NCBI GenBank assembly: GCA_049724395.1
Contig: JAUGWO010000102.1
Span: 248,001 to 312,000 of the forward strand
Reading direction: 5' to 3'
Source: Spongospora subterranea f. sp. subterranea
Taxonomy: Eukaryota
DNA length: 64,000 nt
Below, in pieces: positions 1-16,247 of the stretch. The notes under the pieces were generated by a model. The model did no database searches. It saw only the letters and a list, made by a program, of their open reading frames with translations, and was not told the origin of the DNA. The position numbers and the translations under genes were made by a program. Each line of letters opens with the position of its first letter. The first letter of the stretch is position 1.

Positions 1-2882
1 GTAAAACATTCTTCACCCTGTAAGTTTGATATGGGTAAAAACAAAGGAAAGAGTAATTTTGATATAAGTGATAACTAACTTCATGTGTTTGGATTTCTTT
101 GAGTGCATGTATCTTCGCCTGTTTTTTGACTAACTCGGTGTATGTTTCTAGTTTTGGCCGAATACGTTCCACCAAAGACATGATTGAACCGGTAGTTAGT
201 TTCATCGATATCGCGAACTGCACTTTGCTGTTTGTCGCTTCCTGTCCAGGCATCAATTGGTAAACTAAGAGGTTTCCAATATTACCTTTGAAATTGCTTC
301 TCGGACAATGGATATCGTACTGCAATTGTCGGACGTAAACGTAGCTAAGCCCTTCCTATGTTCGCAAGCATATCAAATTTTGAAGTAGTCACAATCAAAA
401 GCCATACTCGTATTGGCAAATAACATAAGTTCCAAGATAAACATTTCTATAAAAGATGTGTCCTGACGACTGAATTTGGCTGGACATTTCAGGAAGGATA
501 GTTACGATCCAGGAATGAATCTAATTTTCAAGATTAAGAGGTCTGCACATACACGCTCAGCGTGACCTACCTGTGAAAGATTGAAGGCACCTTTAAATTC
601 AATCGAACAAAGAGGAAATTGAGTTGTCGGCAAAATCGGTAATTTTTCATGTAGACTTAGCGGCTTAACTGGGATTACCACAGTCTAAATGCAATATTAT
701 TGACAGAGCATTGACACGTCATTATTACAAACTTGCGATGTTTTCGGATAAAGTTTCGGAATTATACAAAGGCTGATTTCACCGGTATGTCCTTCCAGTA
801 ATCTCAGGGTTATCGAAATGCGATTGCATGAATCGACGCATCTAAAACTTGCGAGCGAGCACGATTCTAAAAAGTACATTTGCCAATGACTCTATAGCTT
901 AAACACTGATTACTGTTATCGGAAGGTGAAAGATCGATGATTGCAGAAGAAGACATGATCATTACTGTAAACATCAGCGGTTGAATACGAGCGAAGTATT
1001 TTCTAGCGTCATACCTGGGACAGTGGCTTTAAAACCAATGACATCAATTGGCATTTCAATTTCGATCGATAAAACATGTGCTAATTTTGATTGTCATAAT
1101 AGAGACCATCAGCTTATCGACCATCTTACCTGCAATTTCAGGATCTAATCGAAAGGAATGGTTTACGTGAAATTGAGTCTCCACTGCGACTAACTCGGAA
1201 CTTTGGGTTTGGTATGAAGCGCGTCGCAAATTTAAGAGTTTGTTCAGTTCATCCAGCTGGGATCGGAGATTTGCGATTTCATTGTTGGTTCCAGTATTCG
1301 GCTTGAAAATTCCTATCTGCACTGAACTGAATTAGAGCCACATGGTGTGCCCTGTTTCACGTACTCCGCTTGACGCGCGTTGCTTCAAACCTGGTCGAGA
1401 CAACGAACGGCCTTCTCGAGGTTGCGGGGTCAATGTCTGCTGTTTCAAGCGAAGCAAGGAAATAGATCCAGAATAGGTCACGACGAAGACCTGAAAACTG
1501 TAAGTAAGCTATGAAGAATAACCAAGTACGTTTCCAAACAACCTCCGGAAGTTCTGTTGACGTGAAATACCCGATTCCCAGGGAAGCCACCGACTCCTGG
1601 AACTTGAACGAACTTACAGAAAAAAGATGTGAACCTTGCAAATAACATCACCCACTTCAAATCGTAGCAACCTGACGTTTCAATACCTCCTGAAGATTCA
1701 TTTTCCCAACTGAAAATATTAACGGTGCCGCAATTATGACCCACAATGACGTCGTCCTGACCCGACTGTGTTTTCAAAATGTTTGAAGCACTCAAATAAC
1801 TTTGTGCAATAGAAACTTACCTTGTTAAGGTCTGCGTAGGCTATAGTGCTCACCGCTTCACATTTGGTTTCAATCACAAAATCGAGTTTCACAATTTGGC
1901 CACCCGGGCCCATCAAAGCATGACCTGTAAATTTTTAAAAGTAAATTTGAATGAAGCCATCTGATGCCTTCATTACCGATCTGCCCCCTAGACGTTCCAA
2001 ATAGAATACGTCGTAAATTTCCATATTGCGGTTCATTCGCAACGGAATTACCGCTACCAGAGCACGATCCTTAAAAACAATTGAAATCGACCGAGAAGAA
2101 TTAATGTGCTTCTTGTATACCTGGGGTCGGAAACGGCACGATGTAGGTTACTGGAGCGGCTACAATGTGCTCGCAAACAAGATCTTGTCCTAGAATGAGC
2201 TATTCTTGGGAACGAGGCAAGTTATGAAAGGCTTTGAAATTTACCTGCTATCACACGAATGCAATTATCTTGACAGGCAAGAAGCGCAAATACATCTGTG
2301 GAGTTATCCACTGTGTCGATCTCAATGGCAAGGTGGTTTACCACGTCGTTGCAAATGTAGAAGCCCTTGCTGACGCCATTCTCAAAACGGTTCACCGCAT
2401 AGTCGCTACATGCCCAAATATTGGCGTTGTCGATCACCAATGTGTGGATATCCTAAGCAATATCAGTAGACTGCCGAGAGGACGCAAACAGGCCTGACCT
2501 CAATTAAACCCGTGTCAAGTCTAAAAAATTCCTTTCCATTTTTTTTCAAGCCAACAATATCGTGCCCATAAGCAACATATATTTTATCCTTATGCAGTCG
2601 GGGTCCACCGTTCGTCAACGCCGTCACTTCCCTCTCACCCGATTTCGTCTTGAATTTTTGCTTGCGACGAAGTCATGTTATTAAAACACACATAAATAGG
2701 GAAAGAAGAAGAAATACCAGCGGTTCATCTGGGTTTTTCAACCTCCAGCAAGCAACGATTCCCGCTCTGTCGCCAGTTACAATTTTCTGCTCCTTATTTT
2801 GCGCCGATGGCAAAGCAATTGCAGCATTCCGCACAGCTGACGACATCTGCCCGACGACGCACGCCGTGCATGTTATTTCCAT
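1..2882 (-). CDS. BBS7: Bardet-Biedl syndrome 7 protein (BBSome subunit), multi-exon, 3' end runs off the window
   Basis: N-terminal QKIVTGDRAGIVACW, LLACQDNCIRVI and DDVIVGHNCGTVNIFS, and near position 1 EATNSKVQFAISMKL...IRPKLETYTELVKKQAKIHALKEIQTHE, all match remembered BBS7 segments. ATG at 2882. Confidence 0.9.
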
Positions 2883-3098
2883 TGGGCCAATACTGGCCCG
2901 GAATTCGGCGGCGGAGACCAACTAACAAAAGTGTTAATTATAAAAGAGGGCGCAGTTCACCCACATCGGAAAGGCACAATAGGCCTGTGCTTTACGATAC
3001 TACGTATGATCAGACGATACACAGAGCCATACACGTAACCTGAGGTTTATTCCGGATATGGCTCAGAGCAGTGATCATTATCAAATGAGTTGTCAGCG

Positions 3099-4667
3099 TC
3101 AACAGTGATCTCGTTGAATTCTGGGTTGTTTCTGAGATCGACATCCGGCAGCTGGTCTGGGGATTTCTGAAGAAAAGTGGGAACCAGGGCAGTAACGCGA
3201 GAAAAGCGCCCGCGCTATTTCGGCCTTGTGGTCCATGTCCATACTGAATCCCGACTCAATCGTCGATGTCAGTACTTCCGGCACCTGAATCTAAAAGCGA
3301 GTTCAGTCATAAATGGCTTGGAATGCACAAATTTCCTAATTACTAGATTGGAATGCAAACTCTCACTATAGAACAGAGTTTTTTGACGATGTTCCTCAAC
3401 GACAAGCAAATCGAGAGCTGCTCTAAGATCAGATTCTGGATTCTCTTCCTGAATAGAAGACAAATACAGTATGTAGCATCCTTTTGGCGCGCACCCCGTT
3501 GTTTCATCTAACTATGGAGAAGTTGGATTCGCTAACTCAATTAAGGTGGATATCGAACCTGTAGAACCCGAACGGAATGTTTTCTTAGCATGGGAGGCAT
3601 CATGATCAAAGAAACAGATGACGTATTTTTGGAAGGAGCTGTTGTAATACATATACAACGTGATAAAACTCCAGATGACTTGATACCGCTGGAATCAGGC
3701 AACTCAATTGACCCATCAACAAAGATATCACATTCGATGGCTTGTTGCGACTCCGAAAGAATCACTGTTTTCGGACACTTTGCGGTCACATCTGACCGAA
3801 GCAGATAAATACCCCCGTTCACAGCACTAAGCCGGCAAAATGCTTGAGGAATATCACCAGTTCCATAAACAGGATATAATAATGCTCCAGAGTCAAATTT
3901 TCCAAGTGACTTGATGAACTTCCTAACCAGCAGTATACCATCTGCAGTTTTCAGTTCTGCAGAGTCAGCAAAACACAGCGAGTACAGAACAATATCTTGA
4001 AGTGCTTTCGAAAGCTGGAGCTCCTCCAAATATAGCGCAAAAGGGAGATCGCGGAACCTTTGACGCAATTCATTATCATAGGAGTTGCTTGGCGCTTGGG
4101 AATGCGTGTCATCGCCCAATGCTATATGCATCAATTTCATGAATCGCCTCTTCTCAGATCGGTCAAGAAAACCGCATTGAAATATATCGGCCTTCGAGAT
4201 TGGAACCGCAGTGACAGCACCATCCAGAACAGTGTAATAATTGTTGATGCACTGAAACGATAGATAATGAAAACTTTTGCTTTTGACTATGTCATCGACA
4301 AGATTCGATGTTGAGAATATCACTTTGGGTTGTAGATCGAATAAGAATTGTTGACCAGGATCTTCTCCATATGACGAATAAATGGCACCTTTGTCAAGCA
4401 AAGACTTATAAAACTGGGCCCAAGGAAGCGTTGCACATTCCCCGCCATAGTATTCATTTGGATCGCAATGAAGCACCGACTTTCCAGCAATACTCAGGCC
4501 TCTAAACCGGAGGCAAAAATGGTCAATGCGAACCAATTGTCAAAAGGCCGACCACTAACTCACGCCGCAAGCATGGATTGCCATAGTCCAGTGCCGACAA
4601 TGACGGCGTCGAACCGATCCTGGTCTAGAATATCATGACAATGAGTTGTTGGCCCCTCCTCAATCAT
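3099..4667 (-). CDS. CHM: Rab escort protein (REP/choroideremia, GDI superfamily)
   Basis: FDAVIVGTGL, VLHCDPNEYYGG, FLFDLQPK, VPISKADIF, LYPVYGTGDIPQAFCRLSAVNGGIYLL; C-terminal ARALFSRYCP is typical of REP rather than GDI. Confidence 0.88.
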
Positions 4668-5153
4668 CTCTAGACCGTTCCCAGCTGTTCCCAGCTACAC
4701 CTGTAGGGCGATAGGCGCACAATTTGGGAGCGGTGATCTCTGAGTCCCGGGAAATCCATTGCGACACTGTATATTTATCAGAATTTGAAGTGTGGTTACG
4801 GTATATTCATCAGATTTACAGACTTTCTTCAAAAGACCAACTCACTATATTGAACGGGTCTGATTTCTTATCTTTTCTGCTGTAATGAACGAACATTTCT
4901 CCAATCGCATATCAGTTGTTCTGAGCGGCAGCTTTGTTTATTACAGTGGTGAATCGAAAGGTGAAGCTGGTTCAGTCGCGCCCACTCCAGTACGAGTGTT
5001 GGCGACAGGTTCTCGGGTTTGGCCCGGTCATCATCAAGCTTTAGCGTAGAATCCATCACATCCATCAAAACACGTCGCCCGCAACATTTCCGGCCCAGAA
5101 CTCGGGGTCGGGGCAAATCATCAGATTAATTTCTTTCTGGAATTAAACACGCG

Positions 5154-7180
5154 ATGGCTGTGGCCGATTCCGTCCCTGATCGATTGATGACCGTCGCCGA
5201 AGAGATAGTATTCCGGGTCCATTCGGCCTATACCGACGACGTTGACGGACTGGTGGCGATCGGCAAATCCCTAGGGATAACTATCGAGGTTCCTCGTTCG
5301 AAGGTATCGGTTATGCTCGTGGGGAACCATTCCGCCGGCAAGAGCTCGTTCATCAACTGGTATCGCCATCGCCCATCGTCCGGCTATCGGTGGACTGATC
5401 GTTGCCGCTAGGTACATTGGCGAATACGTTCAGGTAATCGCATATGCGACACCCCCTGGCACAGACGTGGACGGTTGAGTGTGTTGATCTGAACCCAGTT
5501 GGAAAGCGTGGCGATGGAGACGAACTCGTTCACGTTCGTATCGCACGGGAAACGAAGGGAGACGTTCAAGGTCGGTGATGATTACTCGCTGCTCCAGAGC
5601 CGATCTGATATCTCACGATCGATCTCGGTATAATTCAGGGCCGTGCCACCATCAAACACAAACCTTGGCTGGCCGATATCGAATCATTCCCTGGCGCTAT
5701 CGACAACCTGTCCACACAAATCTCCAGCTCCAGGCACAACCTGTTCGCCATGTGCGATTTCGTGGATACGCCGGGTCTGACTGATGGATCGCTGAAATAT
5801 CCATATCCTGGTTGGGCGGTTGCTGGAACATGGGCCTCAATCCCGCTCGACTCACCATTTGTGTTTGGACAGTCAATGAGATACTGGAATGGCTGGGGAT
5901 TCGTGCCGATCTGATTCTGGTGTTCTTCGATCCTCATGGCCAAGCACTGTGTGCTCGGACGTAATACTGGACCTCCCTGGTCGATCGGCGGACCTGTTTC
6001 TGACAGCGATCTCTCTGCAGGATGAATGTGGTCCATCGACTCAACAAGAACTGCAAACCCAAGACGCACTACTTCCTGACGATGGCGGATAAGGTCTGGT
6101 CACTTGGCGAGCATCCGCGCCCAACCACGCCCTGACCCCGATCACGATCGCAGATCTCCTCAGAGAAGGAGCGATCCAAGGTCATCCTGCAGGTCGCACA
6201 GTCGCTGAGTCACGCTCAGACGCGTCCGTCGACAATGTCGGGAAATCATCATCCCGACGCCGTTGCCGTTGACCACCAGGGCCAAGAGACCTGGCTGGGA
6301 GAGCACGCCCTTCGGTAAAATGATGATCGCCCCTCTCCACTCAATCGAAATTTCCCTGTCTGACGACCGTGTGTTTTGTTGCCAGTGTTCGCCCGATCTA
6401 TATCCCAGAGAAGGTGCAGCACGGCGCCGACCTCAGCCCCGATTTCAATCGAATCGACGAGGTCCTGGAGCTGATCGCCGACGCCGTCAACCAGAACGTG
6501 CAGAATCACATCGAACGCTTTGAGAACGACAGCCTGATCCTGCTGGATTCGGTCAACAAATGTCTGACCAGGTAGATCGCCGTGCCCGCCCTCCACCGTC
6601 ATTGACGACTGATTACAAGATACGAATGGCGTCGGAGAATCAACGACGTAATCGGGTCGTTTCGGATGTTGTGTTTGATATTGACCTGGTCTATTCCCAT
6701 GATCCTATCGCTATATCTGTTCTACATGATTCACCCCCTGGTTCTCCCCAAGTAAGTGGTGCTGCCCCCATTGCCTCTCGCGCCTCAAAAACGCTGTTCG
6801 CTGACCGGTTGCGGGTGCCCGAATCGAACAGGGAATTCCTGGGTCTGCCTTGGGTTCAGAAGATGTTGCAGACGGCGATGGCATCGTTTACATGGGTCGC
6901 TGAACAATGGCCCGAACTGATTCAGATCGAGCGAGCGGTTGTTTTCCGGCATTGCGTTCTCGTTTTCCTGATCGCGGCCGCCGCAGCCGTTGCGTTCGGG
7001 AAACTGATCGTGGGCAACATCTCGCCACGTGACGCCAGAAGACTCTACACTCACCAGGCGCAGCTTCGCAACAACGTCGAAGGTACTGAACCAGCGTTTG
7101 CCGTTTGATGATCGCTAACGATGGGAGAACAGTTCAGGTGCCGTTGCACTGGAAGACCTTCTTCTCAGATTCCACCTATG
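5154..7180 (+). CDS. EHD/dynamin-like P-loop GTPase with C-terminal hydrophobic segments, multi-exon
   Basis: G1 MLVGNHSAGKSSFINWY, G3 DFVDTPGL, hydrophobic C-terminal stretch (HCVLVFLIAAAAAVAFG). 3' end approximate. Confidence 0.75.
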
Positions 7181-7241
7181 AATAAACACACGAGTTCAGT
7201 AAAACAGGATCGAGTGCCCGGTACCTGATTCATAGCGCCAA

Positions 7242-8025
7242 ATGGATGAAGGCGATCCGGTCGTGGGCGAATCGTTCGAGAACGCGTACGTGAAGGACAC
7301 GAAACGGTGCCTGCTGCGGTTGGAGAACGCGGCGAACACGGGGATCGGGGAGATTGTCGAAGGGATATCGGAGCTGAGTGTATTGTGCTGGCTGGGCGGC
7401 CCAGCGGTGCAGATCCCGGTTGGGACCAGCCACATCGTCGACAGGTTCCACGAATGGCTCCAGGGCAGGGCGCTTCCCATCGACAACCTCACCGACGATC
7501 AGGTCTTCGCCCTCCATCGCGCCGTTCTCGAGGTGGTCTCGATCGTCTGCCGACGGTCGAAACCGATCCAGGATCCGCCTGAAGCAGTCGCTGTGGATCG
7601 AGGTTCTGGTAAAGTTCTTGAGTCACCCGAGGGATAAACTGGTACAATTCCTGTCCAAGACGACATGATCTGCCAAACTCAACATTGTGTGTTTCGCTAG
7701 CGACAATTGGCGGTGACGTGTTTATTGTTCATAATCATCAACAATACCGCCAATCAGTTCGCCATCATGAAGGTTCATGGGATTCAGGTGGGAAGCGGCG
7801 CCGCTCTCGATTGTTGTTGTGGTTATTGACCTGGGGGGCGGTACTTTGGCCAACGAACAGGGGGCCATCGAGAATATCTGCAATCTGGATTGGTCGCTGC
7901 ACGTGTCGAACCACGCCGACGACCTGCTGAACCTGTTGGATCTAGCCCAGCACGCCATCCGGAAGGACGGGGCCGGGAACGAATCCCTGCTCATCCTCAT
8001 GCAGCAATTATCACGACAGGGATGA
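7242..8025 (+). CDS. Armadillo-like helical protein resembling ARMH2; needs a 1-nt frameshift at ~7575
   Basis: Reconstructed LCWLGG...VLEVVSIVCRRSKPIQD/RLKQSLWIEVLVKFL...LAVTCLLFIIINN...NLDWSLHVSNHADDLLNLL parallels my recollection of ARMH2 (LAYTGG...CWCYLNPVSQKRAK...ENWSGWTENFAEVL). Two GT-AG introns splice in phase once one C is removed. Confidence 0.55.
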
Positions 8026-8537
8026 TCATGACCATCATCATTAGACCCGTCATTTCAATTACAACGATTGTATAAAGGGTAAAATCGCCCATAAAAAAAC
8101 GGCCGATTGTCGTCGCCTGCTATTTAATAAAAAAAAACAACGTGTTTCATCACATTCGTGCTCTGCAATAGATAAGATCGGGCTGTTTCTCCCTGAACGA
8201 CTCCTAGAATTGCAAACAATTCCTGCATAGGGAGATGGGCAAATTCACAGTCCGAGAAGGGAAAACGGATGATGATCTGATATGGTTTCGGAAACAACAG
8301 CACCATTGGTGAGATTGAGGGGAAATATTGCTAATCGATGGAGTAGGAATAGATATTTTCACAGCTCATAGCGAGAATAAGATCGTGTACAAATTACGAT
8401 TGGTGCAGAATCCCAACCCCCATATTACGTTGGTTTTGGGTGTCGGGTTGCAATCGTGTGGGAGAACAAAGTGGGGGCGCTAGGCTTCCCCTGGATTATC
8501 TGCCAAGATTGACGAGCTCAGGCGCGTTTCGGGCGGT

Positions 8538-11381
<2,844 letters not shown>

Positions 11382-11638
11382 AACACAAAATGGTGAAATA
11401 CATAACCACATTATCCCAGTCGTATTCTGCAGAGTCGCTCAAAGAGAGGTCATCGGCACCTGGAAGAAAAACTGACGTTTCGAGAAAGCGTCACCGTTCT
11501 TCGGCGAGGAAACCGGTGTCGTTGTTGAGTCAGATCGACATTCACTTATGGGGACGATTATTCCAGAGATGAATGGCGTTATTATTGGTAGTTTGGGCTG
11601 ATGGCGATTGTATAAGAACATATTGCAGACCCCCACCG

Positions 11639-13123
11639 TTATAATGGGGGATCGTCCGGCGAACTCCTCTTGACCGGCTCTGGTGGTAGACACCTCCTCA
11701 GCAGAACCTGGACCACTCTGTCGAACACGTCCTCGACATTAGCCCGGTTCGTGTTGCACGTGGTGTAGATCGTGATGGGATTCGTGAGTCGATTGGCGCA
11801 TCGCAGCTCGAACAGACCCCGGATGAACGCCAGGCCGGCGTCATAGTCACTTCCGCCCGTGTATTCAGGAAACGTCTTGGACAGGCCGGAATACTGCAGC
11901 TTTTCGCGGAACAGGTCGGCCTTGTTCAGAAACAGGAAAATCGGCACCTTATCGAAATACGCTGAAAAAGCAACGATGGTGTTGACCACACCGTCTCTAT
12001 TCTGAGAGGAATTCACCTTACGGGAGGAGCACACTTCCTCGAACAGCTTCAGCGATTCGCACATTCTGTTGACAGTGTCGTCCTCGAACAGCATCTGATC
12101 GTACTCGCTCAGCGCCGCGACAAAAATGACGGTCGTGACTTGTTCGAAGCAATGCAGCCATCTTGATTGGCAGAACAGCAGACGATGAGTTTAGGCGGAC
12201 GCACGCTGCCAGGGTTGTGGGGACTTACTTGCGTCGTTCGCTCCGTTGCCCGCCCACGTCCACTATCTTGAACAGGGTCGAGCTTTTCCCTTTGAACTCT
12301 TTCTCAGTAATGCCAGTGGACGATACGCGAACCTGATCGGATTCAGCGCTTAGGGGGGAGGGGGTTGGTCGGCGTTCGGCACCGCTTACCATGAGGATAT
12401 CCTGTTTGGAAGGAATATAGCGATCGGAGACGATGGCGCTGATCTTGTTCAGGAAATAGGCTGTGGATTCCTGAGCGTGGAACAGATGCCGATGCTTGTA
12501 TGCGTTCTGCACGCCGGGATCGGCCCAGAACACTTTCATCATCTCCCCAACCTGAACAGGAACCAGGAGATCAGATGAGGAACGGTACGAACACTGAACG
12601 GACCAGTTTCGACGGTTTCAACGTTTTCTTATCAGCCTGTAGGAAAAACCTCTTGGCTTCGAAACTGTTGGGACGCATTCGAGTGTCTAATCCTGGATCA
12701 AGGCTATCGGTGGCGAAAAGAATGCACTGTACAATTAGCAGACACATTTGGCAAATGTGGGCGATCAACGAATCGCCGACCAGTTACTGACGTTGACGCC
12801 TTCGACAACATTGAGAAAGATAGCGCGTTTGAATTCCAGACGCTCTTTGATGGTCATTCCCGCCCCATATATGGACACCAACTGTTTGAACAACGTCGAT
12901 TTACCCGAATCTCCTAGGAAATGCGCAGAGCGCTTCAACAACAACGTATCACGCAAATGGGGAAATAATGGCTATCAGAACCTGGACCAAGGAGCAATAT
13001 CCGGAAAGTGGTATCAACTCGCTGCCGATCCAAGACGAATTCTTTGTCAAATAATCGAGAGCGGGCCAGCTGTTCGTGAGAATTCACCTTTCTGGAACCG
13101 CAAAACCCAAAGCATCGTGACAT
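11639..13123 (-). CDS. Heterotrimeric G protein alpha subunit (atypical), multi-exon
   Basis: ILLLGPG/DSGKST across an intron, YIPSKQDIL, RVSSTG, DVGGQRSERRKW, NRMCESLKLF, FLNKADLF, TTCNTN. Confidence 0.93.
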
Positions 13124-13363
13124 ACGGTGGGGAGTGTTTGCCGATTATCGCATTTCAAGTTTTGTGACGTGCGCGTTGGCTTCTCCGTTTGGACGGAATG
13201 GACGGGCGGTTCATAGACCCTGGCTGCTGCCAGGCCTTGTCAATCCCCATCCTTCAACGACCAAACCACTGACTTTCACCGATCCTAGCACAGTTCACCA
13301 ATCAAACTCGTTTGATTCCTGATTGGATTTATTAGAGGCGCATGCTGCGAAGCAGCTGACGAA

Positions 13364-15845
13364 TTAAGACTTTGAAGGGCTTTCTGCAGTGATACCTTCT
13401 TCGGCCAACCAATTTCGCCAATTCCTTGCGAATTCCTTAGGAAGACTAGGAGGAAATTCTGAGAGAACTGCTTTGACGATTATCGATTCATCGACATTCT
13501 CTGGGAGAGTATACTGATCGGGAATGACTTTAAGGACTGAACTTAACCGAGCACAGCAAACCTACAATAGAGTGCCCAGGACATTGGCGATGTATTCTGG
13601 AGTTAAACGCTTGGCAGTGCTGGCGAAATCGACTGGGTAAATTGTAAGAGATCCGGGTAACAACTTTACAAGGGCGGAACTTTACTCTTGCCAATAAATT
13701 TTCTGCCTCAAGAACGCTGGTACCCGACGAAACAGTTTCTAGCCATTCTTCAAATAGATCCATTCTAACAGAAGAATATATGCAAGAAATGACGTCCACA
13801 TGATCTGTAAACAACGTAAGCGATTTGCAGATTCGAAATGACTAGGACTATTTGGTTACCTGAGCGCCATTTCACGTCCATGAAAGGAACTTGACTTTTT
13901 AATAGTTTTAATGTGTAAACAACCAGATCAATCTGGGGTATGTGAAGCAGTTTAATTAAAAGCTCCTGAGGGTAAAAATTAAAAGAGCTTTGTAATTGAA
14001 GCAAAACGGCTTACAGGCGCACGAAATTTCACCAAAGAACGGATTTGTCGAGGTGCCCGTTTGGATACTTTTTGAAGGATCCTTAACATGTTAGAATACG
14101 CCGAATACTTTCTCCAACAAGGATGTCCTTGGCAGGCTATGATGGAAAAAAGCATTCAATGAGATTAGACACAGTCTCACGCTGTAGTTTGAAAAAATAC
14201 GTTTAGCTTCAGCGATCAACTGTAGCATTGACACTCTATCGCTGGATCGCCACATGTTATCGTCAAAGGGACTACGATGGAAATAATGTTATAGTTAAAT
14301 AAGGTTGGTGATTGTCTTGAATACCTCAAATGTGGAATATCGTTTCGTTTTGTTAACGAAGCTGAAAGGTTTTGATTAAGAAACTTCAAGATCAGTATCA
14401 ACGCATTTTTGTCTTGCAACAAGCATAACATTGTAGAAAACTGCAGCGGATGCCCACGTCGGAAGATTTTCAGTAATTTGAGAAGGATAAATGCAATCGT
14501 CTTGGTGAGGATCTCCGTATGCCTTGATCTTTCAACAGTTTCCGTTAGGTCTTGGATATCTTCCCAAATCATGAACTCTGCCGACGTGTTAACCATTTGA
14601 GCGCTGCGGCGAACGTTGGGCGCAACCGAGAGAAGCAATTTAAGTATACCCACAATATACTGAGTGCATTTCAATGAGCAACATATATACACAGATGCCA
14701 GAATCATATACCTGCCTAAGCTGAGGTTGCATTACCCCATATAATTTGCTAGGCCCAGTTGTGTTATTAGGAAGATAATGTTCTTCGAACAGGTTTTGTT
14801 TCAAAATATCTTCTGTATCTGAATAACCAATATGGATATATTTCCTTGCCATTTCAGCTCGTTGCACCAAAGCTTTCGGAGTACGAACAAAGGTCACCAG
14901 CTCGATTCCGTTTTCATGAGCTGAGTTCGGAATGCACAAAATCGGCCCAAAGTTGTCACTAATATGTTGACATACACGGAAAACATCGCTCCGTCGGGAC
15001 TTTGGGGTTTTCACAAACTTTTCATCATCAAACTGAGATTTCCCTACGCCACCGAACTCCATAAGAATCATTAACCGCACCAGCAATAATATCTTTTTTA
15101 GGGGAAACAAATCAGCGTCATCTGATGCGACAAGATCCAAACAAAAAGCGATGCCGTTTTGGCCATTGAACACATTTCCGGCAAAGAACTCGCGAACCTA
15201 AAACAACGCTCACTTTAGAGTGTGGTTTTTTAACCGACGTGGTAAAACCTGTGTGTCATCTGAATGCAGAATCAGAATCATCAGCGTCATGTTCAGGCAC
15301 AGGCGAGATTCTTTTGTTAGTTTTGCAGAAGTTGACGAGCATTTGGCGCCAGATTCTGATAACTGTAAATTCCTGATTGCTTTCGCGGCTTTACAGAAAG
15401 CGGTGATGACAACGGGGAGTAATCCAGCACGAAGCATTCCCAACGAAAATTCTTTGGATAAACTAATACGCTGCTCAGATGAACTAGGGCAAGGCAAAAC
15501 GCCGCCGACCATGCACAAGCAAATAATTTCTGCGATTCTTATTCTTTCCTTGGAAGTTTTTAATTCGTCAACTAGAAGTTGAGTTAATCGAGTCGACGCT
15601 GTCAGAAAATCGAGCCCGGAAGGCGAACCGCAATCGTGGATTGCCTGGCGAAACTCGAACAGCTCAACATACTCCGAAAGAGAAAATATTTCGCTCAGCT
15701 CATTGAGAAGCGAATCCGTATCGCTTCTGTCGAATAAATTATCGCTTCCTGGCTTGACGGCGAAAAATGTAGCTGACAACCGCCTGCTGGTCCTATTGGG
15801 CAGCTTCATCGTCAGACGGCCCGCTGATTTTTCTGACGATGCCAT
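13364..15845 (-). CDS. STRIP1: Striatin-interacting protein (STRIP1/2, FAM40/Far11; STRIPAK)
   Basis: FPLKKILLL...FGG, ILKLLLSVAP, RHTEILTKTIAFILLKLLKIF, LILKFLNQN, YTLKLLKSQVPF...WR, C-terminal LPKEFARNWRNWLAEE. Confidence 0.85.
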
Positions 15846-16247
15846 TGTTCATGAGAGGTCGGCGATATCCACTTCAGCTGGATTCTCTTCCGCTAAATCC
15901 AATGAGGCTCTACGCTCCATTATGACATACAGTGACCCACTTTCAACAAGCGGAACATACTGTACACAGTACACACACACGCTCACACATGAGTCCTGCC
16001 TGACTGATGAGTGGTGGCCCGGAGTCATCAAAGGGGGCTGCGTACCACGCTGGACAAAACACTCGAAAACAGTACATTTGAGAGATTTGTAAAATCTCAA
16101 CTAAGGTCGTGTCCACTCAAAAATAGGTATATTGCCATGGAGATTTCTCCAAGTACCCATTTTTTTCTCTAAGGAGAAAAATAGCTGCGGTTGTATGATG
16201 AAGTAGCTACAAGGTCGATCGTGGATTTCTTCCGGGGTACCTGTAGC

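Noticed and set aside
2122..2142. SRP helix-8-like GGTCGGAAACGG
   Set aside because: Lies in BBS7 coding sequence on the other strand and lacks the AGCAG motif.
15958..16076. Hammerhead-like CTGATGA...CGAAA
   Set aside because: Stem II does not pair in the right register, there is an extra A in the core and no stem I.
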